Source: Thermoplasmatota archaeon (GTDB taxonomy: Archaea > Thermoplasmatota > SW-10-69-26 > JACQPN01 > JAJPHT01). From it: a DNA stretch of 35,863 bases. How positions within the stretch are numbered: the first letter of the stretch is position 1; the number at the start of each line of letters is the position of its first letter. This document shows, piece after piece, positions 31,026-35,863 of this stretch. Where the stretch lies: assembly GCA_041599855.1 (NCBI GenBank), contig JBFILE010000001.1:1-35863 (forward strand), read 5' to 3'. The notes beneath the pieces are model-generated. The model searched no databases and had not been told where the DNA came from. It was given only the letters and a program-made list of their open reading frames with translations. The translations under genes were made by a program, and so were the position numbers.

Positions 31026-32218
31026 TGCGTCGCCGTTCCCTCCTTGGGCGCGATGAGGGAAACCTCTACGCCTTGGAAGCACTCGTGGTGATCACGATCC
31101 TTGCCGCCAACCTTGCATTCGTCATGAGCCTCGACCACCCCAGCAACAACATGGAAGGCACGCGGGTCGACCTCAACCTCGCGGCACGGGACAGCCTCGT
31201 CCTCCTTGAGCGCGCCGTCGGGGACGATCCGGTGTTCGCGAACGACGCGGCCCGCCAGTATGTGACGCAGGCGTTGTACGGGGATCCCGTGAACCTGTCC
31301 CGGAAACTCACCAGCCTCCTGCCGGCGGGCGCTCGCCACAGCGTGTACCTGGACAATGGTCTCGCGACCCGGGAGCTGATCAAGGGTCCCGGCCCCGCGA
31401 AGGAACGGGTGACTGCCCAGGCCGGGTTCAGTTCGAACTGGGCGACGACGCTCATCGTTCCCGACTTCGAGGTGCACTCCGCCACTGCCGGCCGCGTGAC
31501 GTTCACGACCCTTCCCGTGTTCCACGGCCGTGTCCTGTCAACCGCGTCGGTGCCGGTCGAAATCGCGGATGGTTCGGATCAGAACCTGACCACGAGCCTC
31601 GGGAACGGATTCGTGGAAGGCGTTGTGACACCTCTGCCTTCGGCCGGGTCGCCCCAGGCCAACGTGACCTTGGCGTACAAGGATGAATTGCTCGCCGGCC
31701 GCGCGAAGTGGACCCTTGGTGCGGCCGGTGCCGAGGACTCACTCCTCGTTGCCACCCAGTACCTGTCACGCAGCGGATTGAATGCGAGCGCGGTCACCCT
31801 CGACACGGCGGTGACGAGGCCCGGCGACACGGTCACGGTGGCGTATGATTTCACGGCGCTTGAAACCGCATTGGGCACCAATGTCGTCCCGGGCTCGTTC
31901 GCCGTGAACGTGAGCCTCGTTGCGCCAACCCCGCCACCCACCAATGCCACACCATCGTATTACGCGACCGCGTGGACCGCCTCGGCCACCACCACTTCAG
32001 GCACGTTGGATCTCGACATCCCGTTCGACACGTTGTTCGGCGTCCACCTCGTCGATGTGCGGTTGTCGTACACGTTGACGAACGGCGGCGCCACCGAGAT
32101 CGAGCAGGCTGCGCACCTCGTGGAACGTCTCGACGTGGCGTTCAAGGACGGCACGGAGGCGCCCCTGAATCCGGGGTACCGCATCGTGCTTGAGGTCTGG
32201 TTCGACGACTGGCTGTGA
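31025..32218 (+). CDS. Pilin-like protein (397 aa), translationally coupled to the giant protein
   Basis: MRRRSLLGRDEGN-LYALEALVVITILAANLAFVM. The ATG overlaps the upstream TGA (gTGATGc). The mature part is beta-rich with no domain I recognise. Confidence 0.65.
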   Translation: MRRRSLLGRDEGNLYALEALVVITILAANLAFVMSLDHPSNNMEGTRVDLNLAARDSLVLLERAVGDDPVFANDAARQYVTQALYGDPVNLSRKLTSLLPAGARHSVYLDNGLATRELIKGPGPAKERVTAQAGFSSNWATTLIVPDFEVHSATAGRVTFTTLPVFHGRVLSTASVPVEIADGSDQNLTTSLGNGFVEGVVTPLPSAGSPQANVTLAYKDELLAGRAKWTLGAAGAEDSLLVATQYLSRSGLNASAVTLDTAVTRPGDTVTVAYDFTALETALGTNVVPGSFAVNVSLVAPTPPPTNATPSYYATAWTASATTTSGTLDLDIPFDTLFGVHLVDVRLSYTLTNGGATEIEQAAHLVERLDVAFKDGTEAPLNPGYRIVLEVWFDDWL

Positions 32219-32227
32219 GGCCCCGGA

Positions 32228-33295
32228 TCAGCGTTCGATCATGACATGATCCTGCGTCACGTCCACGACGGTTCCCGGGATGCTTGCGTGGATGCCGACA
32301 CTGAATGGCTCGGACGCCGGTTCGGCCAAGGTGTCGCCGCGTACCACGGGATCGCCGGGCGCGACCACGATGGTGCCGTGGTGCCAGAACCGGTTGGTGA
32401 GGGGCACGTGGACGCGGCGGATGCGGGCCTCGATGTTCTCGATGAGGGAGGGGGCCCACGGCGCTTCCTCGGCGTTGTGGATCGTGTCCCACCCGGGGCC
32501 GGGGTAGTATCGCTTCCGTGGCCGGTCCTTGTCGGGGTGGACCACGAGGAACGCATTCGTGGTCCGGTGGACGGGGATGAGGGGTTCCGGACCCATGGGG
32601 TCGGCCTTGATGTCGCAGAGGATCGGGCCGCCGTCGTATAGTCGGCAATCCTTGTAGTCGGCCGGGTCCACACCGTAGATGCGCAGGAGGTCGGCGGCGA
32701 GCGCCCCGACGGGGGCTTCGAAGACGCGGGGCGGACCCACTTCCCCGTACACGTGCATGAACTTCGTGCACACGGGTTCGTCGCGGTACACGGCGCGGTA
32801 CACGTTGAAGAGGGATTCCACGTTGCTCACGATGACGCCGTGTTGGATGGGGTACCGGTCCCGCGGGATGTCCATGCCGAGCACGGCCTTGCAGAGTGCC
32901 TTCTCCTGACCGTACGCGTACTTCGGTTCGATGTACGCGACGCTGAATGCCTTGAGGCGCTTGGCGAGGTCCTCCAGTTCCGCCATGTAGGGGCGGGCCA
33001 CATCCTCGGCGGCGATGATCATGGTTTCCATGCTGAAGGTCTTCTGCAGGAAATCGAAGACCTGGACGAGTGCTTCGGGCTCGTCGCGCATGAGGAGCTT
33101 GTCCGCGTAGTAGCCGGGTTCGCTTTCGGCGGCATTCACGATGAGCGTGTGGGGCGGGTGATCGAATTTCGCATACGTGGGGAATCCTGCGCCTCCGCAG
33201 CCGACGATTCCGGCGTGCTGCATGAGGCCCACGGCCTCGTCCGGGTAATAGGTGATGGGGACTTCCACGTCACCGAGGATGGCCGTGTGCGTCAT
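32228..33295 (-). CDS. RnfC/NuoF-like (Complex1_51K + SLBB) protein with a C-terminal RnfC_N-like barrel and no Fe-S domain
   Basis: IVGCGGAGFPTYAKF....LIVNAAESEPGYYADKLLM matches the RnfC/PduS/NuoF nucleotide-binding pattern (GlGGAGFPt.vK ... liiNgaEcEPyltaD..lm). An SLBB-like segment follows (VFEAPVGALAADLL...LYDGGPIL). The C-terminus HVPLTNRFWHHGTIVVAPGDPVVRGDTLAEP....VGIHASIPGTVVDV matches RnfC_N (iPL.qh.G....p.V.vGD.V..Gq.ia......HAsvSGtV). No Cys-rich ferredoxin motifs. Confidence 0.65.
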   Translation of the reverse strand: MTHTAILGDVEVPITYYPDEAVGLMQHAGIVGCGGAGFPTYAKFDHPPHTLIVNAAESEPGYYADKLLMRDEPEALVQVFDFLQKTFSMETMIIAAEDVARPYMAELEDLAKRLKAFSVAYIEPKYAYGQEKALCKAVLGMDIPRDRYPIQHGVIVSNVESLFNVYRAVYRDEPVCTKFMHVYGEVGPPRVFEAPVGALAADLLRIYGVDPADYKDCRLYDGGPILCDIKADPMGPEPLIPVHRTTNAFLVVHPDKDRPRKRYYPGPGWDTIHNAEEAPWAPSLIENIEARIRRVHVPLTNRFWHHGTIVVAPGDPVVRGDTLAEPASEPFSVGIHASIPGTVVDVTQDHVMIER

Positions 33296-33381
33296 GGCCG
33301 CGCGGTCGGCGCGCAGCGTGCATCATGCTTCTAGCAGGGTTGCCGGTGGGGCCCGGGCCTCCGTGTGGGGGATCCGGCGAT

Positions 33382-35556
33382 TCATGGGGGCCCGCGGCGG
33401 TGGCGACGGAGCAGGCCCGCGACGGCAAGTGCGGCCACGCCCCAACCGACCGGGATCGGATTGCCGGCGGGCGCGTGGGCGACGCCGTTGCCGGCGGCGG
33501 GTCCGGGGTCGGTGCCGCCGGATGCCACGGTGACCCATTGGTCCACGGCTGCTGCGGCGCCGTCCTCGTCCACGATGCCGAGGCGGACCGCGTAGGACCC
33601 GGGTGCGGCGTACGTGTGGCTGACCGCTGCCCCTTCGCCCACGGCGCCGTCGCCGAATTCCCAGGCGTAGCGCAGGCCGCGGCCGGTGGATGCGGTTCCG
33701 TTGAAGTTGACGGAGGAACCTTCGACACTGGCGGTGAACAGGGCGGACGGAGGAAGTCGTGCCGCGCCCTTGGCGTCGTCGTCATCGTCGCCGGGCGCGT
33801 TGTCGCGGCCTCCCGGCGCGTCACCGGTCGTGTTGGACCTGCCTCCCGTGCCGTGGTCCCGGGTTCCCATGTCGTCCTCGGACCGGGGGGCGGTCACGGT
33901 GATGGGGGCCTTGGCGAGGGAAATCGCTCCGTCGTCGTCGCGGACGAGGAGTCTCACATCGTACGTCCCGGCGGTGCCGTACGTGTGGGACGCGGTGACG
34001 CCGGTTGCGGGGTCCGATCCGTCTCCCCACTTCCACACGTGGTCGACGATGCGCCCATCCCCGTCGGTGGAAGGGGAGGCGTCGACGTGCACGCGGAGTC
34101 CGTCGACCTCGTGGATGAAGGCTGCGACGGGCGCCAGGTTTGCTGCCTTGAGGGTCACGGTTTCCTCGGCGACCGCAACGTCGCCGTCGTCGTCGGTGAC
34201 GCGCAGGGTCACCACGTAGGTGCCCGCCGCGTGGTAGGTGTGGGTCGCAACGTTGCCGACGTTCGCGGGTGAGCCATCCCCCCAGTCCCATGTGTAGGTC
34301 GTGATGATGCCGTCCGGGTCGCTGCTCGTGGAGGCGTTGGTGCTCACGGTGAGGTTCCGTGCACCCAGGGTGAAGCGTGCCACCGGCGGCTGGTTGGAGT
34401 CGGGAGGCGGCGGAGTGGTCCCGTTGGGCGCGACGGGCACCGTGTGTTCGACGCTTCCGGTGGCACCGGATCCGTCGGTCACGGTCAGGGTCACGACGTG
34501 GTTGTTGGGGGAGGTGAACACATGGGTCGGATGTTGGATTCCACTTGTTCCGCCATCATGGAAGTCCCATGCCCATGAGAGGATGCCGTCGTCGGGGTCG
34601 GTGGAGGTGTCGGTGAAGGTGACGTTTTCGCCGGCCATCGGGGCGGTGGGGCTGAAGGTGAAGGACGGGGCGGGTGGCCGGTTGGCCACGTTGATCACTT
34701 TCGAAGCGGTTGCGGTGGCGCCGGTGTTGTCGGTGACTGTCTGCGTGATGGTGGCGGCGCCGGGCGTGGGGAACCGGTGGGTGAAGGTGGTGCCGGTCCA
34801 TGATCCGCTTCCGCCGTCGGACCATTGGGATGTGGCGATGGTTCCGTCGGCGTCGGTTGCGGTGCTCGTGAAGGTGATGTCGGATCCTGTGGTGGGCGAT
34901 GCCGGAGTGTAGGTGAAATCGGCGGTGGGGGGCAGGTTCTGGACGGTGACGCTGCGGGTGGTGGTTCCGGTGGCGGCGGCGTTGTCGGTGACGGTGAGGG
35001 TGATGGTGTAGGTGGCGGCGGATGCGTAGGTGTGGGTTGCGTGGCGGCCGGACCCGGCGGGGGTTCCGTCGCCCCAGTTCCAGGTGTACGCCGTGATGGT
35101 GCCGTCGGGGTCGGTGGATCCGGTTGCGTCGACGGTGATGCGGAGGCCTTGGGCGGATACGACGAATGCGGCGGATGGGGCGGTGTTGGCGCCGGCTTGG
35201 ATGGTGACGGTGCCGCGCATGTTGGCGTGGTAGAGGCAGGTGTAGGGGTAGGAGCCGGGGTCGAGGGCGGTGGTGTCGAGGGTGTAGGCGGTGCCTTGGT
35301 TCATGTTGCCGGAGTTGAAGGCTCCGGAGTCGGCGGTGACGGTGTGGGGGGCGGCGTCCTGGTTCGTCCACCGGATGAGGTCGCCGCGGGTCAAGGTGAC
35401 GGGGTTGGGGGTGTAGGTGAATCCGACGATGGTGACGTCGGTGGTGGCGGCTTCGGCGGGGCTGGCGGCGGCCCAGGCCATGAGAATGAGGGCGGCAGAC
35501 ACCCCGATGGCACGGGCGCCAAGGGGGCCGCTTCGCGAGGCATCCATGGGAGACAT
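33382..35556 (-). CDS. Secreted type-1 (blue) copper protein (cupredoxin) fused to six PKD domains, with a PGF-CTERM-like sorting signal
   Basis: Signal peptide MSPMDASRSGPLGARAIGVSAALILMAWAAASPAEA. Cupredoxin ligand pattern ...APHTVTAD...GSYPYTCLYHANMRGTVTI (His, Cys, His, Met). Six repeats with WxWGDG....H.Y...G.Y.V.L.V.D (PKD). C-terminus PIPVGWGVAALAVAGLLRRHRRG (hydrophobic helix plus basic tail). Start at ATG 35556; 35547 is possible. The ORF-track extension to 35829 is Pro/Arg-rich and unlikely to be coding. Confidence 0.8.
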   Translation of the reverse strand: MSPMDASRSGPLGARAIGVSAALILMAWAAASPAEAATTDVTIVGFTYTPNPVTLTRGDLIRWTNQDAAPHTVTADSGAFNSGNMNQGTAYTLDTTALDPGSYPYTCLYHANMRGTVTIQAGANTAPSAAFVVSAQGLRITVDATGSTDPDGTITAYTWNWGDGTPAGSGRHATHTYASAATYTITLTVTDNAAATGTTTRSVTVQNLPPTADFTYTPASPTTGSDITFTSTATDADGTIATSQWSDGGSGSWTGTTFTHRFPTPGAATITQTVTDNTGATATASKVINVANRPPAPSFTFSPTAPMAGENVTFTDTSTDPDDGILSWAWDFHDGGTSGIQHPTHVFTSPNNHVVTLTVTDGSGATGSVEHTVPVAPNGTTPPPPDSNQPPVARFTLGARNLTVSTNASTSSDPDGIITTYTWDWGDGSPANVGNVATHTYHAAGTYVVTLRVTDDDGDVAVAEETVTLKAANLAPVAAFIHEVDGLRVHVDASPSTDGDGRIVDHVWKWGDGSDPATGVTASHTYGTAGTYDVRLLVRDDDGAISLAKAPITVTAPRSEDDMGTRDHGTGGRSNTTGDAPGGRDNAPGDDDDDAKGAARLPPSALFTASVEGSSVNFNGTASTGRGLRYAWEFGDGAVGEGAAVSHTYAAPGSYAVRLGIVDEDGAAAAVDQWVTVASGGTDPGPAAGNGVAHAPAGNPIPVGWGVAALAVAGLLRRHRRGPP

Positions 35557-35730
35557 GATCGATTCCGGGGGTTTCAGGGTTTGCACGAAACCACTTTCCT
35601 GCGGCTCATGGCGGTGAGGATGGGCGTCCGGACGGGGGGCAGCGAGGCGCGGGGGCCCGAAGGGGCGCAAGAGTGGGGGCGTTTCGGTCGTGATTGCACG
35701 GGATAGACAGGGAGCCCGCATCACCGCGGG

Positions 35731-35770
35731 CGTCGTCCGGCGTCGTCCGTCGTCGTCCGTCGTCGTGGGG
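35731..35770. repeat. 10-bp tandem repeat cgtcgtccg(g/t) x3 plus a partial copy
   Basis: cgtcgtccgg cgtcgtccgt cgtcgtccgt cgtcgtgggg, 175-215 nt upstream of the cupredoxin-PKD gene start. Confidence 0.8.
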
Positions 35771-35863
35771 TGGGCGGACGGGCGTCGTGGTCGTCGTGGG
35801 GCGGGCGGGCACTGGTCCACGGTTGTCACCGTCGGTCAGTCCATCAACACGGAGGGCGCGGAG

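Noticed and set aside
25827-31082. Minus-strand ORFs 25827-27050, 27261-27878, 27894-28787, 28791-29372 and 29526-31082, antisense to the giant pilin-like gene.
   Set aside because: Shadow ORFs with Arg/Gly/Asp/His/Val-rich composition. The plus-strand frame shows repeated FG-GAP and Asp-box motifs.
33325-35706. Plus-strand ORFs 33325-34272, 33686-34219, 34301-34912 and 34825-35706, antisense to the cupredoxin-PKD gene.
   Set aside because: Gly/Val/Arg-rich shadow frames. The minus-strand frame has a signal peptide, Cu ligands and six PKD repeats.
1-35863. Mobile elements, prophage, defence islands, and tRNA/rRNA genes.
   Set aside because: I recognised no transposase, integrase or recombinase motifs, no terminal inverted repeats, no cloverleaf-capable sequences in the intergenic gaps, and no nuclease, helicase or methylase defence signatures.

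Overview
This is a visibly high-G+C segment (not computed; antisense 'shadow' ORFs are everywhere). It looks archaeal: Pilin_N-type class III signal peptides, ArlH/ArlI/ArlJ-like genes, TATA-box-like promoter elements, and a PGF-CTERM-like sorting tail. I cannot place the lineage from sequence alone.

Layout:
1. 92-6320 (-): condensin operon smc-scpA-scpB. All three proteins carry acidic low-complexity tails.
2. 6321-7026: an unusual 706-bp non-coding region. It holds an ORB-like dyad (TTCCAGTGGAAAC) with G-strings, a TATA-like element, four tandem 30-bp repeats and a C11 tract.
3. 7027-12995: housekeeping and accessory genes. These are a DUF599 membrane protein, an MscS channel, an orphan 2-oxoacid dehydrogenase E1-alpha, a 594-aa membrane-anchored exoprotein and a TauE/SafE permease.
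4. 13180-32218 (+): a ~19-kb type IV filament cluster, the most interesting system in the window. It encodes:
   - a KaiC/ArlH-like protein with a destroyed Walker A motif;
   - two Pilin_N prepilins;
   - an ArlI/PilB-family ATPase with a ~400-aa acidic N-terminal extension;
   - a platform protein split into two genes, the second carrying ~17 extra transmembrane helices;
   - four proteins with a second kind of pilin-like N-terminus, including an 863-aa FN3x7 protein and a 1647-aa FG-GAP/BNR-propeller protein.
5. 32228-35556 (-): an RnfC/NuoF-like protein with apparently permuted domain order. Upstream on the same strand is a secreted cupredoxin with six PKD domains and a C-terminal sorting signal.

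I recognised no tRNA, rRNA, CRISPR array, transposase or integrase. All family assignments come from motif recognition by eye. No database search was run.
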